Source: a virus. Taken from it: 64,000 nucleotides of DNA. Under the pieces are notes generated by a model. The model saw nothing but the letters and a program-made list of their open reading frames with translations, made no database searches and had not been told where the DNA came from. Below, one piece after another: positions 16,135 through 28,495 of this stretch. The translations under genes and the position numbers were made by a program. The DNA lies in IMG/VR virus record IMGVR_UViG_3300032516_000014, positions 12,396 through 76,395 of that record, one strand, 5' to 3'. Numbering within the stretch: position 1 is the first letter of the stretch; each line of letters begins with the position of its first letter.

Positions 16135-18911
16135 TTTGTCATTGTGTGCACGTCCACGAGCACCCCGCCCTTGGTGATGCACGTCAGCGTAAACGTCACC
16201 GGGGTTGCCCAGATTCGCATCGCAAAGTTGTCCGTGCTGGTTTCCGAATACCGGACCACACTACCCGGATACACCAGCGCCGGGTTGAACAGTCGCATCG
16301 TATTCTGGCCGCCGCCCCCGCCCGCAATGAAGTCGCAGCCACCAATCACCAAGCGTTCATAAACGTGCGAATGCCCCGACAACACCAAATCCGCGCCCCA
16401 CGCATGGAACGGCCAGCGCAGCCGAAGCTGGCCTGGATAATAGTTGTTGGTCGTGGTGCCCGAGACATACGGCGCCTGGTGCATGACGACAATCTTCCAC
16501 GGCGCCGTCGAACTGGCCATAGCCGCCTGAAGCCAGAGCGCCTGCACCGAGGTCTCATCGTTACCGTCGGGCTCGCACACCGGCAACCCCGTGCCCGAGC
16601 TGGCGGTGTTGATGCCCGTGCTGAGGACGAACACCTCGATGTTGCCCACGCGCCGGGAGAAATACCTCGCCTGGCCCAGGAACCCAAACAGGAACGCGCC
16701 ACACCCAAGATCGAAGTCGTGATTTCCCGCCGCGGCGATCAGCGTGCCATTCGTCACAAAAGACGAGTAAGCCGCCAGCGCCGGGGTGTAATTCGCCGGA
16801 TTTGCCGAGTCGTTGATGTCCCCGCCCATGACCACGAGGTCGGGATTCCAGCTCAACACTTCGGCAGCGACCGAGTTATGATTCGCGCTCGGAAGCCCGG
16901 TGTCCGAGACGAAAGCAATCACCGTTTGGCCAGCCACAGGGACCAACGGCGCCGCCGGCTGCCCCACGAACAACCCAATAGAATAATCCGGCGGACAAAT
17001 CGCCTGCAAGTGCTGCACAGCGCGCTGCGTCGCAATTTGTAGCGCCACTTTGTCCGCCGTCTCCTGGCTAATGTGGGACCGGGCCACGGCCGTTTGCGTG
17101 GTAGTCCGACCTTTGAGGGCCAAGGTAATCGACTGCATCGAATCGTAAACGTCCGCGCTTGCGTTAAGCGGCGTGAGATCCCCCGCCGCCGCCGCACCGT
17201 CAAATCGCACCGCTCGAACAGTAGATTCATCAGCCTCGCAAACACCCTCAGCCTGCTCCGCCTTCATGTCCGCGAAAGCCCGGCACTCCAGGATCGCCGC
17301 CTGGCCACACCACGTGACCAACAACTGAAACGCATAGTCCCGCTGCTCCTGATCTGCGCTTTCCACTCCGGCGGAGGAATCGAGCAGCTCATACGTCGCC
17401 CGAATGTCCGCGGTCCGGGTCCACCGGGACTGCTTCTTGTAGGCGAACACTTGCGAGGCCATCGTCAATTGCGCCTGCGCATCTAAATCTCCTGTCGGCG
17501 CCTCCACCCGCTTCAGCAACGCGGTCTTGTATTTCCCCCGCTCCGCCCCGGCCCACTGGACCTTCATGTCCACCACGCCGCTTAGCTCCCCCCAGTGAAT
17601 GTCCGCGTAGCGGAGGTGCTTCTTGCCCCTGGTGCCGAATTGCAGCGCGCGCATCTCCACCCAAGCGGTAATGTCAACGCCATGATCCTGCCGCTCAGAC
17701 TGGAAGGCCTCCCACAACCGGTTGGTGCCGTCGTAGTCCACCGAAATGTGGAAACAACGCTCCTGCCCGTTCACGTCTCCGCTGGCCCACTCCACCGGCC
17801 GGGTGCCAGTCCAGAACGCATTCCACACCGCCGGAGACTTCTCCGTCAGCGTGGTGAGCACGTTGTGATCGAGAACCCACGTATGGTGGTTGTAGGCATC
17901 GTGCACCGGAACACTCACCAAGAGGTAATTCTCGAACCGAGAGCACGCAATAAACTCCTGGCGATTCCACATCCTCGACTTGCTGTCTGCCATTTCGTTG
18001 TCAAGAATGAAAAACTCGCTCGTCTGCTGCACGGACCGCGCGGCGTCGTAGGAGGTCAGCCCGTATTGCGAGAACCAATAAAGGCGGCCGTGCAAAGAAA
18101 TCACTGACCGCTGCGATTTGCAACCGATGGTCGGAAAAAGAGTGGTCTGGAAATCCTGGATGCTGGTCCACAAGTTCCGCTGCAACACCTGCGACTGAAA
18201 CATCGTGGTGTCCTTCTCCGAAAACACCAACAGGTTTTGAGGAGCGCCCGATCCCCCCACGTTCGCCATCGCCGTAACCTCGTGCTCCAACATGAACGCA
18301 TCCGTGCCGCCCAGGTAAAGGTTCTCGGTATAGTGAAACGGGTCCCAGATGTCAGAGGCGTAGATTAAATTCCGCTGCGCCACCCACAACCGATTGCCGC
18401 TCCAGCACATCGCAGTGCCCTGGGGCACGCCGTCGGGGTCTGTGGTATGCCCGCACGCGCTGCCGTCATACCAAGCCGGCGGCGCGTAGCCGTCCTGCAT
18501 GAACAGAATCAACCGGGGCCGAACGAAAGACAGCGATCCGTCCGGGTTCAGCGTAACCGCCTGCTGTGCGTCAGCCCAAAATATCTGGTCCGCATAAGGG
18601 CAGAAGGTAATCTCCGACAACCAGGTAAAGGTCGTGAAGGGCGGCTCCGAAACATACACCTTGCCTTCTACCACTACCACAAGCTGGGGCGTGGCTTTCA
18701 GCGGGCGGAACAGATGCAACCCTTGCAACTTACCTTCGGGCAGGTTACACATCCACCGATACCCAGGCCGGGTCTGCACGACGCCACCGCGGTTCACCAC
18801 GTTCATGCCGCGGCAATACGTGCCTTGCGCAAGCTTCAGCGAGTCAGACTGCGAGTCTTGACCGAGCAAGAAGTTGAGCTCGCCGTCGGATTGGAAGGTA
18901 GGAAGCGGCAT
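16131..18911 (-). CDS. tail nozzle/tubular protein B-like protein fused to a C-terminal calcineurin-like metallophosphoesterase
   Basis: N-terminal NVVNRGGVVQTRPG and beta-propeller-like repeats at the nozzle position. C-terminal SDTG, GGD, GNHD, MHQAPY and SGHSHVYER motifs. Confidence 0.75.
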   Translation of the reverse strand: MPLPTFQSDGELNFLLGQDSQSDSLKLAQGTYCRGMNVVNRGGVVQTRPGYRWMCNLPEGKLQGLHLFRPLKATPQLVVVVEGKVYVSEPPFTTFTWLSEITFCPYADQIFWADAQQAVTLNPDGSLSFVRPRLILFMQDGYAPPAWYDGSACGHTTDPDGVPQGTAMCWSGNRLWVAQRNLIYASDIWDPFHYTENLYLGGTDAFMLEHEVTAMANVGGSGAPQNLLVFSEKDTTMFQSQVLQRNLWTSIQDFQTTLFPTIGCKSQRSVISLHGRLYWFSQYGLTSYDAARSVQQTSEFFILDNEMADSKSRMWNRQEFIACSRFENYLLVSVPVHDAYNHHTWVLDHNVLTTLTEKSPAVWNAFWTGTRPVEWASGDVNGQERCFHISVDYDGTNRLWEAFQSERQDHGVDITAWVEMRALQFGTRGKKHLRYADIHWGELSGVVDMKVQWAGAERGKYKTALLKRVEAPTGDLDAQAQLTMASQVFAYKKQSRWTRTADIRATYELLDSSAGVESADQEQRDYAFQLLVTWCGQAAILECRAFADMKAEQAEGVCEADESTVRAVRFDGAAAAGDLTPLNASADVYDSMQSITLALKGRTTTQTAVARSHISQETADKVALQIATQRAVQHLQAICPPDYSIGLFVGQPAAPLVPVAGQTVIAFVSDTGLPSANHNSVAAEVLSWNPDLVVMGGDINDSANPANYTPALAAYSSFVTNGTLIAAAGNHDFDLGCGAFLFGFLGQARYFSRRVGNIEVFVLSTGINTASSGTGLPVCEPDGNDETSVQALWLQAAMASSTAPWKIVVMHQAPYVSGTTTNNYYPGQLRLRWPFHAWGADLVLSGHSHVYERLVIGGCDFIAGGGGGQNTMRLFNPALVYPGSVVRYSETSTDNFAMRIWATPVTFTLTCITKGGVLVDVHTMTK

Positions 18912-18923
18912 GGTTCGTTTAGG

Positions 18924-19088
18924 TTATGGTGCCGGCGGCGGAGATTGAGCCGGATGCAACGCTTGCACAATCGTCTGCACCGCTTGCGCGATTTGTTGAT
19001 GCTCGTCCGCCGTCGCACGAACTTGACGAAGCACGGTGATAACAAGCTGGACAGCTTGCTCCAATTGAGAGTTGACAGGGTTAGTCAT
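18924..19088 (-). CDS. small helical protein, possibly a fibre chaperone
   Basis: ATGA-coupled to the upstream fibre gene; MTNPVNSQLEQAVQ... Confidence 0.55.
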   Translation of the reverse strand: MTNPVNSQLEQAVQLVITVLRQVRATADEHQQIAQAVQTIVQALHPAQSPPPAP

Positions 19089-19875
19089 AAATAATATCCA
19101 CCGTTCGCAGCAACACCCGCCACATTTCCCGGAAAATAGTTTGCTCCGCCGCCCGAGTAAAGCACCGAGTTGTATTCCGTAAGATACCGCCGCGCCGTCA
19201 CGTTCAATGGATTCACAAACGTAAGACCCCAAGCCGTCGCCCAAGAAATATACTGCGCCACCGCAAACTCGGTAAACGTGACGGCTGCGGAAATCGTCAA
19301 CGTCTGGCCAGTCGCAGATAACCAGCCCAACTGGGCCGAGCGGAAATGTGCATACCCGCCCCCAGAAATCGTGTAGCCCCCCGTGCACACACTCTTGCCG
19401 TCCCCCACTGCATAGACGTGCGTGCCGTTATTCGCGGTGGCAGACCCGAAATTCAAATTTTGATGAGACAAAATGCCCTGGTTGACAAACAGCAAATTCG
19501 ACCCCGCGCCAGTCGTCGAAAGCTGGAAGTCTTTTACCACAAAAGAACCAGGAACCGAAAGCGTAACCACCGAGTCGCTGTTACTCACTACCGACACATT
19601 CGCCGGGGTGCCCGCGTTGCCTTGAATCGTCAACGTTCCTGCACCCGTCATTTGCTTCAACACCAGCCCGGCCGCTGTGTAAGTTCCGTCAGCGATCTGA
19701 ATCGTCACACCGTAGATCGCCGTGTCCACGGAGGCAACCGTGTCGATCGCCTTCTGGATAGTCAAAAACGGCGTCCCAACTGCGAGACCATCATTAGCGT
19801 CGTTTCCAGTGGTCGCGACGTAATACGTGCGCGCCGCCGTCAACAGCTCGCGCGCCGGCAATCGTTTCAGATAGC

Positions 19876-19879
<4 letters not shown>
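19085..19879 (-). CDS. tail fibre/spike-associated beta-helix protein
   Basis: TYYVATTGNDANDGL...PFLTIQKAID...IQIADGTY is a typical beta-helix cap. Confidence 0.75.
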
Positions 19880-22613
<2,734 letters not shown>

Positions 22614-22617
<4 letters not shown>

Positions 22618-23585
22618 CGAATGTCTTCATCCCAGCGAGTCGATGCAACCGCTCCACGGTCCATGATCTGCGGCGGCATGAAGGTCTGCGGCGTGCGGGC
22701 TTGCTGCTCTTCCATCAGCCAGCGCAACGCGTGCACCTCGAAGGTGGCCCCGTTGGTCACGTCAGAGTCCACGTCGTAAAACTTCATCGCCTTGAGCATC
22801 ATGAGAATGGCCCACGGCGAATTGAGGGGAATGAGGTCGGTCAGCGTCGCAAACTGAATCGACCGGCGCCGGAAGCACAGCCGGACCCAAGTGCTCTCGC
22901 GAGAGATCTCAATCCGCCGATACATCGGCTCGGTCTCGTTCCACTGGAACACCCCAAGCAAAGTGCCAGTATCACAAGCAGTATTCGGCCGGTGCGAGAA
23001 ATCGAAACTGGACAGCCGCACCCGATCCGTGGTAACGGCTTTGCGCACGCGAGCGACCCGACCCACAACAGGATCATCCACCGAAGGCAACGCATACCGA
23101 TAAAGCGTCGGCACCCGGTAGCCATCCACCCACCCGATGGTGTCCTGGGAACGAATCCACTTGCCCGTGCTGTCGTAGCCGTAAACCCACAGCTCGCAAT
23201 TCTCGTCCGCCTGGTTCTCCACAAACGCAACCAGCCGGCTCGGCGCCTTGAGGTCTTTGTGCGTCGGCCACTCGCCGTTGTCCTTCCAGGACCAATCACA
23301 GGGGATCTTGCAGTCGCCCACTCCATTCAAGTGGAAAGAAAACAACTGATCATGCGCCAAGGTAGGCTTGCCCCCGATATTCACCGCAAGCACCGTCTCC
23401 ACTTCCCGGGGCAGGGTAATGCACTTCTCAGTTGCGCAAATGTCAACGAACCCGATCAGGGGGTCCCAATCCCCCTTGTTGGCCAGCAACTCAACCGCCA
23501 ACGTCATCCGACGCAACAGAGTTGCCTGATCACAAATACCGGTGATCCGCTTCGCATCGTCCCAAATCTCGCCGACCGTGATCAT
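22614..23585 (-). CDS. head-tail adaptor/tail tubular protein A-like protein
   Basis: MITVGEIWDDAKR...ITLPREVETVL...; size and position of a podovirus adaptor. Confidence 0.55.
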
Positions 23586-23588
23586 AGG

Positions 23589-23939
23589 TTACTCGCCTTC
23601 GTCGTCGTCGTCGTCGTCTTCGTCGCCCCGAACCTCCGCCGCAACTTCCTCGAACCGCTCTTCGGCAGTCGGCGTGTGCTTGTCCTCCGGCGTCACGTCG
23701 AGAATTTCCTTCACGTCGATCTCAAGATTCCGCGTGCCCCGCTTGACGTTCCGGTTGTCCTGCTTCACTTCGTATTTCACCGTGAGCGTGCCCTCCGACG
23801 GGAAGTCTTTCAACGCCTGCCCCTCGTCGAGAATGAGGTAAAGCGTCGGATACTCCACGCGCTTTTCACCAGTCGAAGACGGCGCCTCGCACGGACAACA
23901 AGGCCCTCCACCTTCACGACCAAGATCGATTGATTTCAT
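23589..23939 (-). CDS. acidic hypothetical protein
   Basis: ATG at 23939 (MKSIDLG); poly-Asp/Glu tail. Confidence 0.65.
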   Translation of the reverse strand: MKSIDLGREGGGPCCPCEAPSSTGEKRVEYPTLYLILDEGQALKDFPSEGTLTVKYEVKQDNRNVKRGTRNLEIDVKEILDVTPEDKHTPTAEERFEEVAAEVRGDEDDDDDDEGE

Positions 23940-23940
23940 A

Positions 23941-25083
23941 TCAGTAATAGTAAACCACCAGGAAAGCTTTCCGGTTGCCCGTTGTGTCCGTAGTCGCACC
24001 AGTGCCCTGCCGCGCATAAAGATTCACCAGCAACGGATCATCCGAAGAAAACGAAGCCAGAGATCCCTCGAACGAAACCGCGACTGCGAGCTGGTTGTCC
24101 GCCACGGCGGGAGAGACAAAGTTCGCGAGGTCCGTGCCGCCCCAGAGCGTTCCCGTCGGATAAACCTCTGTGTCAAATGTCGGTAAACCGCCGGCTTTCA
24201 CTTTGAAAGTGCCAATGCCTTGCGCGGCCCCGGCACCGTTCGATACTAAAACGTCCTGGAACAAGATCCGGCAAAGGCCCCAAGACTTACTTGGGAGAGC
24301 CACGATACTCCACGACCAAAGCGCGGTATCCGTAGCCCCGAGGGCAGTGCCGGAAGCAGTGCCCCGATCCACGATCATGTTCGTCGCACCACCAAGCCCC
24401 GTCCCGGCTGGACCTGTGGCACCGGTTGTGCCAGGAGGCCCCGCCACTCCCGTCGATCCCCCCGGCCCCGCCACTCCAGTCGCACCAGTCAAACCCGTAG
24501 GCCCGGTTGCGCCAGGAGGCCCAGCACCAACCACCAAAGATGAAATCGGAACCGTGACCAGATGCCCAGATAACTCCTGCACCAACTGCAACACAATCAT
24601 GTTGGCGCCGACCACAGAAACCTGGTAATACCCCGAGCCCGCAATCACCAGCCAAGCCCCAGGAACAATCCAGGCCGTCGAAGTCACCGGAATCGTCACT
24701 GTTGCCCCCACAACAGGGTGCAAAAACGCAGCCGACGTGAAAGACCACGGCGGAGCCCCATCCACTCCCGCCGGACCCTGTGGACCTTGCGGGCCAACCA
24801 AGCCCACAATACCGTTGAGGAACAGCCGCAAGAAATAGCACGCAAGACCTTCGCCCGCCGTGCGCGGATTCGAGGGCAGCCCGATGTCCAGGTTGCACGG
24901 GAGCACCCACACGACTTCGCCGTTCACCACCGTCTTAGTAACGGTGCCGAAAAACGACTCGATGAAATTGTCCAGAGCAGACTCCAACGGCTCATTGTCC
25001 GCCGTGACTACCGTCGGGCACGAGCACGGGTTGATGCACCCGCAATTGGTAACGCAATCACCGCCACAACTTTCGCAAGACAT
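23941..25083 (-). CDS. collagen-like virion protein with Cys-rich N-terminus
   Basis: GPQGPQGPAG and GATGPTGLTG tracts; starts MSCESCGGDCVTNCGC. Confidence 0.75.
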   Translation of the reverse strand: MSCESCGGDCVTNCGCINPCSCPTVVTADNEPLESALDNFIESFFGTVTKTVVNGEVVWVLPCNLDIGLPSNPRTAGEGLACYFLRLFLNGIVGLVGPQGPQGPAGVDGAPPWSFTSAAFLHPVVGATVTIPVTSTAWIVPGAWLVIAGSGYYQVSVVGANMIVLQLVQELSGHLVTVPISSLVVGAGPPGATGPTGLTGATGVAGPGGSTGVAGPPGTTGATGPAGTGLGGATNMIVDRGTASGTALGATDTALWSWSIVALPSKSWGLCRILFQDVLVSNGAGAAQGIGTFKVKAGGLPTFDTEVYPTGTLWGGTDLANFVSPAVADNQLAVAVSFEGSLASFSSDDPLLVNLYARQGTGATTDTTGNRKAFLVVYYY

Positions 25084-25098
25084 AGTCGTTTCCTTTCC

Positions 25099-25329
25099 TC
25101 AGAGCGAGAGGTTTGCTACTTCCAACCAAATTCGGAGAATCTTCAGTTCCACAAGCGCCGGCCCGTCCCCCGCGTGATACGTGTTCTCCGCCTGCGCCAC
25201 CGCGGGGATCTGCGAGAACGCAAACGTTGCAGCCGCGTGCTGCAACACCTGGATGTTCCTCGCCACCCGCACCGGATCAACCGGGATAGGAGGCTGCACC
25301 TGTCGAACTACATCGCTTGAAAAAGACAT
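25099..25329 (-). CDS. small anchor-motif protein (paralog of 27055-27300)
   Basis: ENTYHAGDGPALVELKILR motif. Confidence 0.7.
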   Translation of the reverse strand: MSFSSDVVRQVQPPIPVDPVRVARNIQVLQHAAATFAFSQIPAVAQAENTYHAGDGPALVELKILRIWLEVANLSL

Positions 25330-25338
25330 ATCGTGTCC

Positions 25339-26835
25339 TTAGATGGGATACCTACTGATCGTCAACGAAGCCGAAGCCACGCCTTCATCCGCCGTTGTGG
25401 CGGGATACATTTTCCCCACCGAGTTAATGGCGGCGTCGATGGCGCTTGTCAACGGCGTCAGAGTTCCCGAGGGACCGAGCACGCCTGTCACCGAGCCCTT
25501 AAACGTTCCGCCTTGGGTCATCGACAAACTCAACTGCGCATCCAGCGCTGGGTCAACTCCTGTCAGCAGAGGCATGCCCACCAATCCAGAGTAGCCAAAG
25601 ATCACCATCGTAACCCCCCACGTATGCGATTCCCCGCCCCAATCGTCATAGCCGGGACACGGAGGCCCGCTCTTAGGATTCGGCGGCGAGTCCCAATATG
25701 AAGCGGACGACCAAAACGTGCGACTGCCTCCCATGAGCACGTAAATCGGGTTAGCCAGGGCCGAAGCGAGCGAAGCCGCCCAGGTCATCGAGTAACAATT
25801 TCCGAGGCTACCGCACAAAACTATGCAACTGTCCCCATGCTCAGATGCCGTGGTCATGCAATTGACGGGAGCCGGCACTGGGAACTGGTGGTAAAACGTG
25901 CTAGAACATCCGCTCGCAACGAACCCGCCATGCCCGAAAACCCTCAGATGACCGCCGCCTCCGCCCGGCTCGATAAGCACCGCCTTATCTACCACGATCG
26001 CTGTCACCGGAGAAGCCACTCCCCCGCCGTCAATGTGCACCACCTTATACACGCCCCCGAAACTCGCCAACTTAGCGTTGCTCGCGGTCGTCGGCGACGC
26101 AATCGTCGGCGTCGAACCGTCCGAGGTAATGTGCGTCGAGGTTCCAGGAACCGGGTCAAACGTGGGCACCACCGGGAGACCTGAATCGATGTCGTAAAGC
26201 ACCCGGGTATTCGGATAAACAACCCCGCCGTCGATCACCGGAGGCGACGAAGGTGCAGGCGTCGTGCCGAAGACCTGCGTGATCTGGGGCACCTCTACGA
26301 ACGGAGCACAGAACACCGTGTTGAGCGTGCGCCAACCCGATACAAAACCTCCCGCGTGCACCGCTCGAATCCGCAGCACCCGCCCTCCGCACATATTCTG
26401 GATCAACAACTGCCCGCCGACCAAGTCCGCAGGAGTGCACGAGAACCAATCAGCAAAGTCGGAGCCACCCGGCGTGGCAGACAACTGCACTTCGTAGGAC
26501 TCGATCGTTCCGGGCGCACCGAAGGTCAGATCGAGAGTGGCCCCGTCCGGCCCACACGCGATAGTCACGTCCGGTACCGAGGCCGCGGAGCCGCTGCCCC
26601 ACTGATTCAGCAGCTCCAACCGGGTGCGTTCCGTCTTCAGATCGATAGCCGCAGGAGAATCTCCAATACGATAGAGATTCTCGAATTGAGCATCCGGGGG
26701 CAACAGCGAGTAGCGCAGCGAGCTGTTGAACTTCTGCAACAACTGGCACGCGCGCGACAAGCAGCAAGAAGCGTCTTGCTGATACGCCGCCCACTCGGGC
26801 TTAGGCAACCCGATAATGTCGCCGGCAAAGCTCAT
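25339..26835 (-). CDS. putative virion decoration protein (anchor domain, FN3-like and Cys-rich regions)
   Basis: N-terminus homologous to the 25099 and 27055 ORFs; SYEVQLS...LRIRAV resembles FN3 strands. Confidence 0.6.
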   Translation of the reverse strand: MSFAGDIIGLPKPEWAAYQQDASCCLSRACQLLQKFNSSLRYSLLPPDAQFENLYRIGDSPAAIDLKTERTRLELLNQWGSGSAASVPDVTIACGPDGATLDLTFGAPGTIESYEVQLSATPGGSDFADWFSCTPADLVGGQLLIQNMCGGRVLRIRAVHAGGFVSGWRTLNTVFCAPFVEVPQITQVFGTTPAPSSPPVIDGGVVYPNTRVLYDIDSGLPVVPTFDPVPGTSTHITSDGSTPTIASPTTASNAKLASFGGVYKVVHIDGGGVASPVTAIVVDKAVLIEPGGGGGHLRVFGHGGFVASGCSSTFYHQFPVPAPVNCMTTASEHGDSCIVLCGSLGNCYSMTWAASLASALANPIYVLMGGSRTFWSSASYWDSPPNPKSGPPCPGYDDWGGESHTWGVTMVIFGYSGLVGMPLLTGVDPALDAQLSLSMTQGGTFKGSVTGVLGPSGTLTPLTSAIDAAINSVGKMYPATTADEGVASASLTISRYPI

Positions 26836-26839
26836 GCGA

Positions 26840-27028
26840 TCAGTTAGCCGGACCAGAACGCAGATACGTAGAGGCCCAGCTCAAAAAGGCCTCGCGATTA
26901 CCGGGCGGAACTTGATGCAACGCAGCCCGAGCCGCGGCAAGATCCGCAGCAACACCGACGGGAAGCGGCTGCCCGGCATTCGCCAAGGCAATCAACTGTG
27001 AGAGAGATGGTCGAGGAGGTGAAGGCAT
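26840..27028 (-). CDS. small hypothetical protein
   Basis: GAAAGGA SD-like sequence upstream; fills the operon. Confidence 0.55.
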   Translation of the reverse strand: MPSPPRPSLSQLIALANAGQPLPVGVAADLAAARAALHQVPPGNREAFLSWASTYLRSGPAN

Positions 27029-27054
27029 ATTAGAATCCTTTCAAGGTTTCGGAA

Positions 27055-27300
27055 TTATGGCCACATGATGTAGAGCCACGCGAAGGTCATCTCCACGAGA
27101 AACCGCTGAATCTTCAGCGCCACCGTGGCCGGAGAGTCGCCCTCGACGTAGTGGTTCTCGGCGTAAATGTCCGGCATGAAGAACCAGAAAATCGGATTCG
27201 CCTCCAGGTGTTTCAGCACGTTGATGTCTTGCCGAACCTTCGTCGGGTCCAGGGGGAGCGGCGGGTTTGCCAGCTCCGTGATGTCGCTTGTGTATGCCAT
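27055..27300 (-). CDS. small anchor-motif protein
   Basis: ENHYVEGDSPATVALKIQR motif. Confidence 0.7.
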   Translation of the reverse strand: MAYTSDITELANPPLPLDPTKVRQDINVLKHLEANPIFWFFMPDIYAENHYVEGDSPATVALKIQRFLVEMTFAWLYIMWP

Positions 27301-27325
27301 AATCTTACTGATTGAGTTACCGAGT

Positions 27326-28072
27326 TTACGTCAACGGCTTGATCAACACTTTCACATTCGCGTCCTGCGCGCCGTCCTGCGCAGATTCAAACATCGTCTT
27401 CACCCTCGCCACGACCGAGGCTTCCAGGCCCGATTGATCAAGCGCCTTCGTAAACGCTTTGCCGCCCGCAACCACTTGACCCACCGCTTTAGAAAGCACT
27501 GCGCCGCTCGCCCGGCCCGCACTCGCAACCAAACAGGCCCCGGCACCCACTGGTGGATAAGCGACCCCGAGAATCTTGATTCCCGTCCACACCACCAGCC
27601 CCAGCACGAACATCCCGCCGACCCAAACCAGATACGGCACCTGCAACCAGCCCGTGCCCTCGATCGTCTTGCCGACCATCGGCTCGATCTTGCGCCGATA
27701 CTCCTCCACCCGGCGGTCCAGGCGGCCCGAGATCGCGTCCAGCCGGGCCGATAACGCATCTGCGGTAGCTTTCCACTGCGCCTCCGGCGGTCCGACACTC
27801 AGCGCTACCGATCGCGTCAACCCTGCGGTTTCCTTCGCCGGCACCAACACTGTCGAAGACGACCCTTCCAGCGTCGCAGCCAAGACTGTTTGCTCCGCTT
27901 TCCTGGAGGCGAGATCGGCGGCCTGTTTGAACACTTCCTGGTCTGCCACCGAGGCTTCAGGCACCGGCTTCACCTTTTTCGCCCCAAGCTCTACGGGCTT
28001 AGGGAGTAAACTGCACCCCGCGCACAGCAGTATTGTCAGAAAAACATACCACTTTTTGTGACAATACTTCAC
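27326..28072 (-). CDS. lipoprotein with a C-proximal transmembrane helix (unimolecular spanin-like)
   Basis: Basic N-terminus, hydrophobic stretch and LCAGC lipobox; coiled coil; TM YLVWVGGMFVLGLVVWTGI. Confidence 0.55.
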   Translation of the reverse strand: MKYCHKKWYVFLTILLCAGCSLLPKPVELGAKKVKPVPEASVADQEVFKQAADLASRKAEQTVLAATLEGSSSTVLVPAKETAGLTRSVALSVGPPEAQWKATADALSARLDAISGRLDRRVEEYRRKIEPMVGKTIEGTGWLQVPYLVWVGGMFVLGLVVWTGIKILGVAYPPVGAGACLVASAGRASGAVLSKAVGQVVAGGKAFTKALDQSGLEASVVARVKTMFESAQDGAQDANVKVLIKPLT

Positions 28073-28461
28073 GCCTCGATTTCCTTGGAAAACTTCACGA
28101 TTCGCGCCAGCTCAGCCTCGGACATCTTGCTAATCGGGCACTCTTCAAGCAAAGCGCGCTTACCGTTATCTTCTTTCGACAACTTCTCCAAGATCTCCGC
28201 CGGCTCCAGCCGGTTTAGCGGGCACAACTGGATCAGCCGCTCCTTGCGGTATCGCTCGCGCGCCTGGCCAAGTTTCACCGCCACGTAAAGCGCGGTCACA
28301 ATCGCCGCAATGATCTGGAACAGCACCAGCGTATCGTGCAACAAGAAGTTCGTTCCTGGCACTGCGGTAATCGCAGCCCGGCTAGTCACTTCGCCGCCGA
28401 CATTCACCGCCACCAGCCCGAAAACCTTAATCATTTCTGGAGTCAAAATATCAACCTTCAC
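28069..28461 (-). CDS. holin-like membrane protein
   Basis: TM LVLFQIIAAIVTALYVAV and a charged C-terminus, next to the spanin-like gene. Confidence 0.45.
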   Translation of the reverse strand: MKVDILTPEMIKVFGLVAVNVGGEVTSRAAITAVPGTNFLLHDTLVLFQIIAAIVTALYVAVKLGQARERYRKERLIQLCPLNRLEPAEILEKLSKEDNGKRALLEECPISKMSEAELARIVKFSKEIEA

Positions 28462-28495
28462 GCCTTCGCACCCTCACGTCGTTATTGATCCTAAG

